Assembly (NCBI GenBank): GCA_946541575.1
Contig: CAMNJQ010000059.1
Coordinates: forward strand, 21,857 to 85,856
Source: an uncultured Clostridium sp.
Lineage (GTDB): Bacteria; Bacillota_I; Bacilli_A; RF39; UBA660
Length of the DNA: 64,000 nt
Reading direction: 5' to 3'
Of this stretch, positions 18,430 to 28,013 are shown piece after piece; position 1 is the first letter of the stretch, and each line of letters starts with the position of its first letter. The translations under genes and the position numbers were made by a program. A model generated the notes under the pieces. That model saw nothing but the letters and a program-made list of their open reading frames with translations. It ran no database searches and had not been told where the DNA came from.

Positions 18430-21400
18430 TTAATTCCAAACGTGATCCTTATAAATAGTACTTGTAGGAGTATCTTTAGTAATTGAAGTTATACCAACAG
18501 TATCTCCTTTAGCATACATTCTTTTACTAATTGAAATATCGTTAAAATCACCAATATTTAGATTTTTAGGAGTAACAAGTTCTTCTAAATAATTATCATT
18601 TATATGTAATCCAAGGCTTCTATTATCAATTAAAACATAACTTAAATCTAATCCACTTAAATCTATTCTTTTTGCATTATTAATTCCAAGTAACATTCCA
18701 TATACTCCATTGCCTAATGGATCAATACTACTCAAGTCAAAATAGCTTAAATCTAAGTTTTCAATCATATTTGAATATTTAAACATATAATACATACTTT
18801 TTACGTTACTTGTATCAAATGAACTAAAATCTAAGCTCCTAACATTAGGAATATCATAAAACATATAATCCATTTTTGTAACATGAGATGTATTAACATT
18901 TTTTAAATTTATTTCTTCATAAGAGCCACAAAACATATCTTGAGAATCAGGTGAAAAAATTGAGTTTTCTAAATTTAACTTTTTTATAGTTCTATTGCAA
19001 TATCCATTATCCATATTGAAAAGAAAAGCAGCTTTTTCATAATTTGAAAAGTCTAAATTACTAAGTTCAAGTTCTTCTAAGGATGAACAATTAGAAATCA
19101 TTCCTTTAAAAGTCTGAACCTTCCTTATATCTAAGCCATTTAAATTAATCTTTTTTAAGCTAGAACAACCATTAAATAGATTTGACATATCAGTAACATT
19201 TTCTGTATCAAAATCTGAGAGATTTATTTCTTTAAGTTTAGTAAGTTGATAAAATGCTTGATTCATATCTTCAACTAAAGAAGTATCGACTCCTGTTAAA
19301 TTAATAGTTTCTACATTTCTCGTATAATAAAATGTGAATACCATATATTTACCAAATTTAGCATTAGACACATTTAGATTTTTCAAACTTTCATTGTCAC
19401 CACCAAACAATTCTCCAGTTAAACCATAACCATTATTATAATTTGAAAAATCAAAGTTAGACAAATTTAAATCTCTTAGATTGTTCATTTTGTAAAACAT
19501 ATAAGAAAATCTAGTTACATTAGATGTATTAAACATACTTAAATCAAGGCTTTCAATATTTGTACAATAATTAAACATATAAGACATATCATTAACAAAA
19601 AAACTTGAAATACCATTTAAATCAATACTACTAGCATTTGTAAAATTACTAAACATATAGCTAGAATTTGGATGTAAATATATTACATTAGCTTGAGAAT
19701 AAACAAATAAACTTCCATTATCTTCCCATAAATAAATAGGATAAGTTGAATTTTCAAGAGAAACTATTGTAGTTTGAGATAAGTCACTAGGTTCTACATT
19801 GGTTCTTTTAAAAGAAATGACATTAGATTTATTACTTACTAAATTATTAAATTGTTGTCCTGGATAAAACATTGTTATAGCTTCAATCCAAATTTGATTT
19901 TCTGTTGAAGACGTAATAGAAGTATAAAAATTATTATTTTCATCAGAATAAGTTTCACTAAGTTGAATAGTTTCACTAGAAGAATTTATTTTAGGTGTTT
20001 TAATTTTAGCTAATTTAGTAGTATTAGTTATTATTTGATTAAGTCCATTAGTTACAATTTTACTCAAATCAAAGCTTCCTAAATCAAGCTCACTAATATT
20101 ATTACAATTATAAAATAATTGACTCATATTAGTAATATTTGAAGTATCCCATGTATCTAGTCCAATTATTGTCTTTAAAGACCTACTATCAGCAAATAAT
20201 CCTTGAATATCTTTTGTTCTACTTAAATCCCATCCAGTTACATCTATCTCTTCTATAGGAGAGTTATTTCCAGCCCAATTTCTTGATACCCAATGAATAA
20301 AGCTTTCTGGAATTATCCAGTTTCTAGCAGAGATTTTTTTTAGGCTAGTTGTATTATAAAAATGCCCTCCACCTGAATTAGATAAATTACTAAAATCAAA
20401 GTTATCCATATTTACTTCTAATAAATTATTATCATTATAAAACAAAGCATTTAATTCTAAAACACTTGATGTATCAAAATATCTTAAATCAAGGCTTTTT
20501 ATATTAGTCATATTATGAAACATCATGTTTAAATTAATAACATTAGATGTATCAAAACTACTTAAGTCTAATTCTTCTACTTTATTAACCCCATAAAACA
20601 TACCTACCATATTTATAACATTTGATGTATCAAAACTAGATAAATCTATATTTTTAGTTTGACTATTATTAAACATATATGACATTGAAACTACTGGTTT
20701 ATCATTAATTTTCGAGCATAACTTTGTTGTTATATCTTCCGTCGATGTTGGATTAGTTAATCTCACTCCCCATCCATCAGTTGTAATGTTTGTCCAATCA
20801 CTAGAACCATTTTCTTGCATATATCTATATGTATATTGCCCATTTACATATTCTGATCCTTGAACTAGTTCTCCGTCAAACATACATAAATTCTCTTTTA
20901 CTTTTGAAATTACAACATTTGAATTAATATTTATATTGAAAAGTAAAGCTGCTTTAATATTAGGTATAGAAATAATTCCAATTAATAGCAAAATAGATAA
21001 TTTAACAAATTTATTATTTCTTCTATAAAATAATATTCCTAATACCATAATAATTATTAACACTACAAAAATTGTCTTAGACATATTTTTTAACGTATCA
21101 GGTACACTTAAATCTTCACTAAATAATTTTAATGTTACTGAAGTATTGCTTTCTATTTTAGCACTTCTATATGCTTCTTTTGGAGCTTCATTTTTATAAG
21201 TTACTGTTAAATATAAAATACTTTCTTTTCCTTTTTTTACGACATCAGAGTCTTCCACTTCAATTTTATAATCAATATATTCATTATTAGATGATATATC
21301 ATTATTTATTTCTAGATCATCTGAAGAATTATTATTAACAACTAATTTATATTTAACATAGTCATTTATATCATAAAGCTTTATATTTAAAACTACATCC

Positions 21401-21555
21401 AAGTTATTAAAAGATGCTTCTTCCAATTCTTCTGCATTATCAGATTTATCAATTAATTCTATAGACTTTATTATTACATTTTTGGAATTATCTTCAGCCA
21501 ATACTGAAATTGGTAAAATAATTAAAAAGCATAAAAACAATAACAACTTTTTCAT
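18430..21555 (-). CDS. large surface protein with DUF285/BspA-type leucine-rich repeats
   Basis: Signal peptide MKKLLLFLCFLIILPISVLA. Many ~26-aa repeats of the form DLSSFDTSNV.NM..MF. See findings for the internal TM pair. Confidence 0.8.
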   Translation of the reverse strand: MKKLLLFLCFLIILPISVLAEDNSKNVIIKSIELIDKSDNAEELEEASFNNLDVVLNIKLYDINDYVKYKLVVNNNSSDDLEINNDISSNNEYIDYKIEVEDSDVVKKGKESILYLTVTYKNEAPKEAYRSAKIESNTSVTLKLFSEDLSVPDTLKNMSKTIFVVLIIIMVLGILFYRRNNKFVKLSILLLIGIISIPNIKAALLFNININSNVVISKVKENLCMFDGELVQGSEYVNGQYTYRYMQENGSSDWTNITTDGWGVRLTNPTSTEDITTKLCSKINDKPVVSMSYMFNNSQTKNIDLSSFDTSNVINMVGMFYGVNKVEELDLSSFDTSNVINLNMMFHNMTNIKSLDLRYFDTSSVLELNALFYNDNNLLEVNMDNFDFSNLSNSGGGHFYNTTSLKKISARNWIIPESFIHWVSRNWAGNNSPIEEIDVTGWDLSRTKDIQGLFADSRSLKTIIGLDTWDTSNITNMSQLFYNCNNISELDLGSFDLSKIVTNGLNQIITNTTKLAKIKTPKINSSSETIQLSETYSDENNNFYTSITSSTENQIWIEAITMFYPGQQFNNLVSNKSNVISFKRTNVEPSDLSQTTIVSLENSTYPIYLWEDNGSLFVYSQANVIYLHPNSSYMFSNFTNASSIDLNGISSFFVNDMSYMFNYCTNIESLDLSMFNTSNVTRFSYMFYKMNNLRDLNLSNFDFSNYNNGYGLTGELFGGDNESLKNLNVSNAKFGKYMVFTFYYTRNVETINLTGVDTSLVEDMNQAFYQLTKLKEINLSDFDTENVTDMSNLFNGCSSLKKINLNGLDIRKVQTFKGMISNCSSLEELELSNLDFSNYEKAAFLFNMDNGYCNRTIKKLNLENSIFSPDSQDMFCGSYEEINLKNVNTSHVTKMDYMFYDIPNVRSLDFSSFDTSNVKSMYYMFKYSNMIENLDLSYFDLSSIDPLGNGVYGMLLGINNAKRIDLSGLDLSYVLIDNRSLGLHINDNYLEELVTPKNLNIGDFNDISISKRMYAKGDTVGITSITKDTPTSTIYKDHVWN

Positions 21556-21626
21556 AATATACCTCTACTATATATACTATCTATTATACTTACAATTATA
21601 AGTCAGTAATTAAAATAAATCAACAA

Positions 21627-21650
21627 ATAAAAAAGACTAGAAAATCTAGT
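21627..21650 (-). terminator. intrinsic terminator closing the six-paralog operon
   Basis: Minus strand GACTAGATTTTCTAGTC followed by a T-run. Confidence 0.75.
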
Positions 21651-21661
21651 CACATGCATTA

Positions 21662-22492
21662 TTATTTATATTTTCCTATTTCCTTTCTTAAATATTTATA
21701 TCCATAAGAATCTATTCCATAATTAGACATGATAGCTCCCCTATTGCCATCTTTATTAATCATTAATTCTTCTATTACTTTCTTTATATCTTCTTTTGAT
21801 TTAACTTTATCAATAAGAGCCAAAGTTCCTTCCATAGAAGAAAGCTGTATAACACAATCTCTTGTAAAATCAGTTATGTCTTCTTCTTTCTCCTCACAAA
21901 GTTTCATAAATCTTTCAGCTTTAATATTATCTAAACTACTACAATCAGCAGTTCTTCTAAAATCTTCAAAATCATTATAATCGTCATAAGCCATTATATA
22001 ATCTTTTGTGTAACCCTTTAACTCATTTAAATGCTTTAAGCTAAAATCTTCTTCTTTATTTGCTTCTTTCATATACAAATACTCTAAATATAAAGGCAAA
22101 GTATCATCATATTCATTAGGTATATAAAAACTAGAATCATTAAAATCAGGACTATAGCTTGATAAAAGCATTCCCATATAAAACACTAATTCCCTTTTAA
22201 ACTCATTTTTTGGCTTATGAGAAGGAAATTTAATAAATCTCTCTTCTTCAAAAGAATCAGGAACTTGAGTCAAAGTGTATTTTAAAAAGTTACTCTTCAT
22301 TATTTTAATCTTCTTGCTTGTAAGAAACTCAATTGCTTTATCAGGTAAATAAACTTCAATATGTTCTGGAGTAACATCTATTTCATCCCATGAACTTAAA
22401 CTATTATCCTTTTTATACTTAGGTAAATTAGATTCTTTTAATTCTTTTGAAACATTATAAACATCAAATTTCTTCCCAAATACTCTACTCAT
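21662..22492 (-). CDS. paralog P1 of the six-gene family, HExxH-degenerate
   Basis: Starts MSRVFGKKFDVYNVSKEL and ends IDSYGYKYLRKEI. KRELVFYMG aligns to SHELGHIP of P5. EYDDTLPLYLEYL aligns to EYSEGLPIFMEYL. Confidence 0.7.
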   Translation of the reverse strand: MSRVFGKKFDVYNVSKELKESNLPKYKKDNSLSSWDEIDVTPEHIEVYLPDKAIEFLTSKKIKIMKSNFLKYTLTQVPDSFEEERFIKFPSHKPKNEFKRELVFYMGMLLSSYSPDFNDSSFYIPNEYDDTLPLYLEYLYMKEANKEEDFSLKHLNELKGYTKDYIMAYDDYNDFEDFRRTADCSSLDNIKAERFMKLCEEKEEDITDFTRDCVIQLSSMEGTLALIDKVKSKEDIKKVIEELMINKDGNRGAIMSNYGIDSYGYKYLRKEIGKYK

Positions 22493-22493
22493 A

Positions 22494-23321
22494 TTATTTT
22501 CTCCTCATATCTATTTCTTTTCTTAATCTCTTAAAACCATAAGAATCAATACCAATACTATTAATAATTGCTTGTCTATTGTTATCTTGATTTAATATTA
22601 AATCATTTAATAGCTCTCTTATACTATTTTTATCTAAATTCCTATCTATAAGCTGTAAAACAGCATCTAAAGAAGAAATAGGCATTAAATTTTCTAATGT
22701 GACATTCAAAAACTGTGACTCAGTTTTATTAAATTCTTCATTTTCTTTACTATTTTCATCATAATCATATAAAAATAATTCTCTATTTTTATCTGAAAAT
22801 CTAATATCTTGAAAATTTTTATAAGATTTTGCATATCTTTTAGCATTATATTTTAGTTCATTAATATGTTTAATACTGAAAATATCATCTTTTCCAACTT
22901 CTTTTAAATATAAATATTCTAAAATTAAACTAATTACATTTGAATATTCACTTGGAATATCATTATCTGTATATTTTTTATCCTTATTTACTGAAGATAA
23001 CATTTCACCTAAAAAGAAAACTAATTCCCTTTTATATTCTTCTATAGCATGTATTCTAGAAAAATACATTGTTGGTTCTTCTTTATCCGAAAGAAGATAA
23101 GCTGATTTAATAACAAATGGAGAATTAACTATTCTAATAGGATTATTTTCAATTATCTTTAAAGCACTATCAGGTAAATAAAATTCAATTTTTGAAGGAC
23201 AATCTATAACTTCATCCCAAGAAGTCTTGGTATTATCTTTTTTATAATCAAGTACATTTAAATCATTTAAATATCTTGAAAAAGAATATACATCTAAACT
23301 TTTACCATATAATCTACTCAT
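22494..23321 (-). CDS. paralog P2, HExxH-degenerate
   Basis: Start set at MSRLYGKSLDVY (23321), 4 nt after the P3 stop. Contains KRELVFFLGE and ends IDSYGFKRLRKEI. Confidence 0.7.
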   Translation of the reverse strand: MSRLYGKSLDVYSFSRYLNDLNVLDYKKDNTKTSWDEVIDCPSKIEFYLPDSALKIIENNPIRIVNSPFVIKSAYLLSDKEEPTMYFSRIHAIEEYKRELVFFLGEMLSSVNKDKKYTDNDIPSEYSNVISLILEYLYLKEVGKDDIFSIKHINELKYNAKRYAKSYKNFQDIRFSDKNRELFLYDYDENSKENEEFNKTESQFLNVTLENLMPISSLDAVLQLIDRNLDKNSIRELLNDLILNQDNNRQAIINSIGIDSYGFKRLRKEIDMRRK

Positions 23322-23325
23322 AAAA

Positions 23326-24150
23326 CTACCTTTTTCTAACATTATCTATTTCTTTTTTTAATCTCTTAAATCCAAATGTTTCTATTCCTTTATGCTTCAA
23401 AATTTCTTCTCTATTATGTTCAGGATTAGATATTAATTCATCTAATAAATTTTTATATTCATCGACATTATTAAACCTATCAATGATTTGTAATGATGCA
23501 TCCATTGATGAAAGTGGTACCAAACTTTGTAACGTTTTATATAAAATAGCTTTCATATTAGAATTATCATATTTTTCAATTCTATCATCACTACCAAATA
23601 TTCTATCTTCATTTTTAGCTTCAATAAATTTTTGATATGAATCATATATCTTAACAAAACTTTTAGAATTGGATAATAATTCATGAAGATACTTAAGTGA
23701 AAAATTAGATTCATTGTTATTTTCCTTATTATATAAATAATTAAGTATTAATGGAATTACATCATGATATTCACATGGAATAGTAAAATCATCAGGCATC
23801 TTATCAGGTGAATAAGAAGCAAAAATTCTACCCAAAAAGAAGATAACATCATTTTGATATTCCCTTATTATCTTACTTTTAGGAAAATACATAACAGGAT
23901 CTTCAGAACTATCTTTTGGTAAAAAAGTTAATGGTTTCCTAATAAGTATAGATTTTGATAAAACTACAGGTGTATTAGTAATTATTTCTATTGCTTTATC
24001 AGGTAAATACTTTTCTATATATGAAGGTGTATTCTCAACTTCTTCAAGAGATATTTTAGTCTTATCATAATTATAATCTATTAATTCTTTTTCCAATAAA
24101 TATTTAGAAACATTATATACATCATCACTTCTACCATATAATCTACTCAT
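23326..24150 (-). CDS. paralog P3, HExxH-degenerate
   Basis: Starts MSRLYGRSDDVYNVSKYL. Contains YQNDVIFFLGR and ends IETFGFKRLKKEI. AGGAG RBS lies inside the end of P4. Confidence 0.7.
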   Translation of the reverse strand: MSRLYGRSDDVYNVSKYLLEKELIDYNYDKTKISLEEVENTPSYIEKYLPDKAIEIITNTPVVLSKSILIRKPLTFLPKDSSEDPVMYFPKSKIIREYQNDVIFFLGRIFASYSPDKMPDDFTIPCEYHDVIPLILNYLYNKENNNESNFSLKYLHELLSNSKSFVKIYDSYQKFIEAKNEDRIFGSDDRIEKYDNSNMKAILYKTLQSLVPLSSMDASLQIIDRFNNVDEYKNLLDELISNPEHNREEILKHKGIETFGFKRLKKEIDNVRKR

Positions 24151-24152
24151 AA

Positions 24153-24908
24153 CTATCTCCTAATCTCTTTTCTAAGTCTTTTAAATCCATAAGTATCCAT
24201 ATTCATCTTATTTATAACTTCTTCTCTATTATGATTTTCATTATTAATAAGTTCTTTGATTAATAGTTTTAATTTATCTTCATCATTAACAATTTCATCA
24301 GCAATTTGTAATGTCATGTCAAAAGATGATAGTGGTACTAGAAACAATAAACTATTTTTTAAAAATCTTTCTTCATTAAAAACTTCAGGATAATTATGAA
24401 AATTTTCATATATTTTTACATATTCTTTAGCATTCAACTTTAAATCTTGTAAATGTTTATCACTAAATCTATCTTCTTTTCCTATTTCTTTTAAAAATAA
24501 ATATTCAAGAGTTAATGGTAATACATCACTATATTGACATCTTATATCAAAATCATCTGGAACATAGTCAAGATTTATTCTTCTTAATAAATCACCAGCG
24601 AAATATACTAGGTCTCTACGATACTCTTCTTTCATTTTCTTAGTAGGAAATATAATAGTATTTTTCTCTTCCCCATATCCACTATAAATAGTATCTTTAA
24701 TAAATAAATTCCATGCAACTTCAATTTGAGCATCTTTTAAAAATAATGCTGCATCTCTTGGAATAAATTTCTCAATTATTTCTAAAGATTTATCCATTTT
24801 CTCAAATGAAATAATTGCATTATCTCTCTCATATTTTTTATTATAGTTTTCTAATAAATCTTTAGAAATACTATATATGTCATTTGTTCTACCATACAAT
24901 CTACTCAT
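24153..24908 (-). CDS. paralog P4, HExxH-degenerate
   Basis: Start set at MSRLYGRTNDIY (24908), directly after the P5 stop. Contains YRRDLVYFAGD and ends MDTYGFKRLRKEI. Confidence 0.7.
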   Translation of the reverse strand: MSRLYGRTNDIYSISKDLLENYNKKYERDNAIISFEKMDKSLEIIEKFIPRDAALFLKDAQIEVAWNLFIKDTIYSGYGEEKNTIIFPTKKMKEEYRRDLVYFAGDLLRRINLDYVPDDFDIRCQYSDVLPLTLEYLFLKEIGKEDRFSDKHLQDLKLNAKEYVKIYENFHNYPEVFNEERFLKNSLLFLVPLSSFDMTLQIADEIVNDEDKLKLLIKELINNENHNREEVINKMNMDTYGFKRLRKEIRR

Positions 24909-24909
24909 A

Positions 24910-25764
24910 TTACCTCGATAATCTCTTACATTCTTCAATTACTCTTTCGCATCCGTCAGTATCGATAGATAGATTTTCAGCTGTTTCAATCATTGATTGT
25001 CCTTTAATCACATATTCTATCTCATCACCAACAGCTTTTCTATCATCTTTCATTCTATCAACAAGTTGTAAAGCAAATTCAAGTGATTCTAAATACTTAT
25101 AATAGTCTGCAAAAAGTTGCATATGATAAAGCCTAATATCATCATTTGGATTTTCAATATTCTTATATACATTCATAATATCACGAGCACCAGATTGTTC
25201 TATTGGAAGACGTTCAAACAAAAAATAATCTAGTGCATCTTCTGGATCATTGTGCCTTTTAAGTTCAGATAAATATTCCATAAAAATTGGTAATCCTTCG
25301 CTATATTCTAAATATGAATTTCTAATTAGATCAAGTTCTGGAATATGTCCAAGTTCGTGAGAATAACTAAGCTGATCAGTTACACACAAATCTTTTTTAG
25401 GTAAATGCATAATATAGTGCATAGAACCATTAATTTGTTTATCATACTCTAAATAAGCATCACCTGTTGCTTTAGTCTTATCTCTAACTACTTTAATTCC
25501 TTCTACTTTATCTTCAAAAAAATCTATAATAAAATTATTTTCAAAAATTTTTAAAGATCTAATGGAAAATCCTTTCAAGCTATCTTCTTTAATAGGGATT
25601 TTTCCATCTTTTGAAGTAGGAACATCATATCTAGTAATTTTTCTACATAGTCTAAAAATATCTTTTCTATTTGATTCATCATAAGAATTCTTAAAAGTCA
25701 AATTAAGTCTTTTTAAATCCAAATCAAACTTAGCTATTTCCAGTTTAAAATCTTGTCCTCTCAT
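24910..25764 (-). CDS. paralog P5, putative gluzincin metallopeptidase (HELGH intact)
   Basis: HELGH is encoded at 25345-25359, with conserved E in FMEYL 22 residues after the second His. GGGGGG RBS upstream. The C-terminus LQLVDRMKDD...IDTDGCERVIEECKRL aligns with P1-P4. Confidence 0.7.
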   Translation of the reverse strand: MRGQDFKLEIAKFDLDLKRLNLTFKNSYDESNRKDIFRLCRKITRYDVPTSKDGKIPIKEDSLKGFSIRSLKIFENNFIIDFFEDKVEGIKVVRDKTKATGDAYLEYDKQINGSMHYIMHLPKKDLCVTDQLSYSHELGHIPELDLIRNSYLEYSEGLPIFMEYLSELKRHNDPEDALDYFLFERLPIEQSGARDIMNVYKNIENPNDDIRLYHMQLFADYYKYLESLEFALQLVDRMKDDRKAVGDEIEYVIKGQSMIETAENLSIDTDGCERVIEECKRLSR

Positions 25765-25824
25765 ATTAACCCCCCCACTAAAAAAAATATTATAAAATTA
25801 AATAATAAAATATACAAATAATTT

Positions 25825-26619
25825 TTATAATTTTAATATTTTATTACATTGAGATGTATCGATTTCTAGTGTTTCTTTAATTTCTCTTAAAGTTTTTTCA
25901 CCATAAACAAATTTATCAATCTCACTATTAACTTTATTTTGATCATCTTTTGCTCTATCTATAAGTTGTAATGCATATTCAAAAGACTTAATGTATTTAT
26001 ATGATTCAATCATGCCATATATGTAGTACTGATCAACATAAGAGCCATTATTCTTTATACGTTTTTTTTGTTGAAAATAACCTTGAGCTTCTTTTTTGAT
26101 TGCATCAAGCCTAATATCAATAAAATTTTTATAAGCATTTTTTTTATCAAGAGATAAATTTGCCAAATACTCAAAATATATTGGAATGGTTTCTAAATAC
26201 TCATAGTACTCTAATCCATTTTTTGAAGGATTAATAAAAGATGGAATATGCCCAAATTCATGAGAAGTAGCAATGAAATCAGTATCTTTAAAATCTCTAT
26301 TAGTAACATAAACAATTTGTTTTGAAGAATTACCATATATTTGAGCATCACCATTATAAAAATCGCCCTTTTTTATTTGAGTCTTAGGAATTCTTTTCAT
26401 ATAAAAAGAAACAGTATCTTTTCCTAGCAAAGAAATTTGATCTAAAAATACTTCTTTTATCTTAGAGAAATTAAATGATGTTGGTTTATACTTTATAGAT
26501 TTTAAACCACATATTTGTTTGCACACATCATAAGGATCATCTTCACATGGCATAAAAATGGAATTATATAATTCTACATGTCTTTTAAATCCTAAAACCT
26601 CTTCTTTATAATTAATCAT
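25825..26619 (-). CDS. paralog P6, putative gluzincin metallopeptidase (HEFGH intact)
   Basis: HEFGH is encoded at 26248-26262, followed by IPIYFEYL. Start set at MINYKEEV (26619) after a GGGGGT RBS. It lies 68 nt downstream of frr. Confidence 0.7.
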   Translation of the reverse strand: MINYKEEVLGFKRHVELYNSIFMPCEDDPYDVCKQICGLKSIKYKPTSFNFSKIKEVFLDQISLLGKDTVSFYMKRIPKTQIKKGDFYNGDAQIYGNSSKQIVYVTNRDFKDTDFIATSHEFGHIPSFINPSKNGLEYYEYLETIPIYFEYLANLSLDKKNAYKNFIDIRLDAIKKEAQGYFQQKKRIKNNGSYVDQYYIYGMIESYKYIKSFEYALQLIDRAKDDQNKVNSEIDKFVYGEKTLREIKETLEIDTSQCNKILKL

Positions 26620-26686
26620 AATACTACCCCCATTTATTCCGAGTATTATACCACAATTCTTAATATTTTTCAAATAAAAAGAAGAA

Positions 26687-27232
26687 CTAAACGCTCATTA
26701 ATTCTTCTTCTTTTACTTTTAACATTTCTTCAATTTTTTTATTGTACTCATTTACTAAATCTTGAACTTCTTTATCTTTAGATTTTTCTACGTCTTCAGG
26801 AAGCTTAGCTTTTTCAATTTCTTCCATAATTTCTCTTCTAATATTTCTAACTGATACTTTAGCTTCTTCAGAAATAGCTTTAACTTGCTTAACAAGTTCC
26901 TTTCTTCTCTCTTCAGTTAAAGGTGGAATTATAATCCTAACTGTTTCACCATCGTTATTAGGAGTAAATCCAAGATTAGCTTCAAAAATCCCTTTTTCAA
27001 TAGCATGTAAACAAGATCTGTCATATGGTTTAATCAACAATTGTCTTGCTTCAGGAACTGAAATAGTAGCTAATTGTTTCAATGGTGTATCAACTCCATA
27101 ATAAGAAACCATTACTCCATCCAAAGCACTTGGGTTAGCTCTTCCTGCTCTAACAGTAGCAAATCTTTTTTCAAGATTATCTAATGCTTTAAGCATTTTT
27201 TCTTCTGCTTGTTCAATATAATTTTCTTCCAT
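26687..27232 (-). CDS. frr: ribosome recycling factor
   Basis: LDNLEKRFATVRAGRANPSALDGVMVSYYG...IPPLTEERRKELVK is canonical Frr. Confidence 0.95.
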   Translation of the reverse strand: MEENYIEQAEEKMLKALDNLEKRFATVRAGRANPSALDGVMVSYYGVDTPLKQLATISVPEARQLLIKPYDRSCLHAIEKGIFEANLGFTPNNDGETVRIIIPPLTEERRKELVKQVKAISEEAKVSVRNIRREIMEEIEKAKLPEDVEKSKDKEVQDLVNEYNKKIEEMLKVKEEELMSV

Positions 27233-27285
27233 TTAGTTTTCTCTCCTTAATATAATTTTACTATAAATATATTTTTTGTAAATAA

Positions 27286-28011
27286 TTAAAAATCAATTCT
27301 ACCATTCTTTATTCTAAATTTACTAACTGATAAAAATGTTTTAATCTCTTTACATATTCTTTCTACTTTTCTTCCCTTAAAAATATCATGATAGTATCCA
27401 TCTACAACTATTAATTTCTTCTTTTCAGTCTTTATTTTACCATATAAATCAATTGAAGACTTAACAGGAACTACTTGATCAGCACTTCCATGAATAAACA
27501 TTATAGGAACTTTTATATCATAAATATCTTTTTTATGATGATCAACCAAATTTAAAAATTCTTTCTCAGAAGTTAAAGGAAGTTTATTAACTCTAGTTAA
27601 TAATTCTTGATAACTATATGCTTTAATTAAATCAGGTATTTTAAATAATGCAGACAGTAAGCCACCTTGTTCTTTAGTACCTAAAGAAGTGAATGCAGGA
27701 GCTACTAAAACTAATCTTTTTACTTGAGGATATTTTTTAGTTAAATAAGTGGCAATCACTCCACCCATACTATGCCCAATCAAGTAAATTTCTTTATAAC
27801 CATGATCTAATAACATTTTAAGTTGTTTTTCAGACTTTTTAATCCATCTATCTTCAGTTGCATATTTCTTATTTTTAACATCATGTCCTGGAAGTGTAAA
27901 GCTAAAAACATCAAAATTTCTCTTATATTCAAGATAATTTATTAAATACTCTTCATCGTACACACCACCAGCAAATCCATGAATCACCAAAATTGCTTTA
28001 TGTTTAAACAT
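27286..28011 (-). CDS. alpha/beta hydrolase (carboxylesterase/lysophospholipase-like)
   Basis: HGFAGG oxyanion region, GHSMGG nucleophile elbow, HGSADQVV and YHDIF (Asp/His). Confidence 0.8.
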   Translation of the reverse strand: MFKHKAILVIHGFAGGVYDEEYLINYLEYKRNFDVFSFTLPGHDVKNKKYATEDRWIKKSEKQLKMLLDHGYKEIYLIGHSMGGVIATYLTKKYPQVKRLVLVAPAFTSLGTKEQGGLLSALFKIPDLIKAYSYQELLTRVNKLPLTSEKEFLNLVDHHKKDIYDIKVPIMFIHGSADQVVPVKSSIDLYGKIKTEKKKLIVVDGYYHDIFKGRKVERICKEIKTFLSVSKFRIKNGRIDF

Positions 28012-28013
28012 AT

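Noticed and set aside
21090-21108. VPDTL as a bona fide sortase (LPXTG-type) motif in the DUF285 protein.
   Set aside because: The motif does not match LPXTG, NPXTG or SPKTG classes, and the sequence continues for >800 residues after the basic tail. It is reported only as sorting-signal-like.
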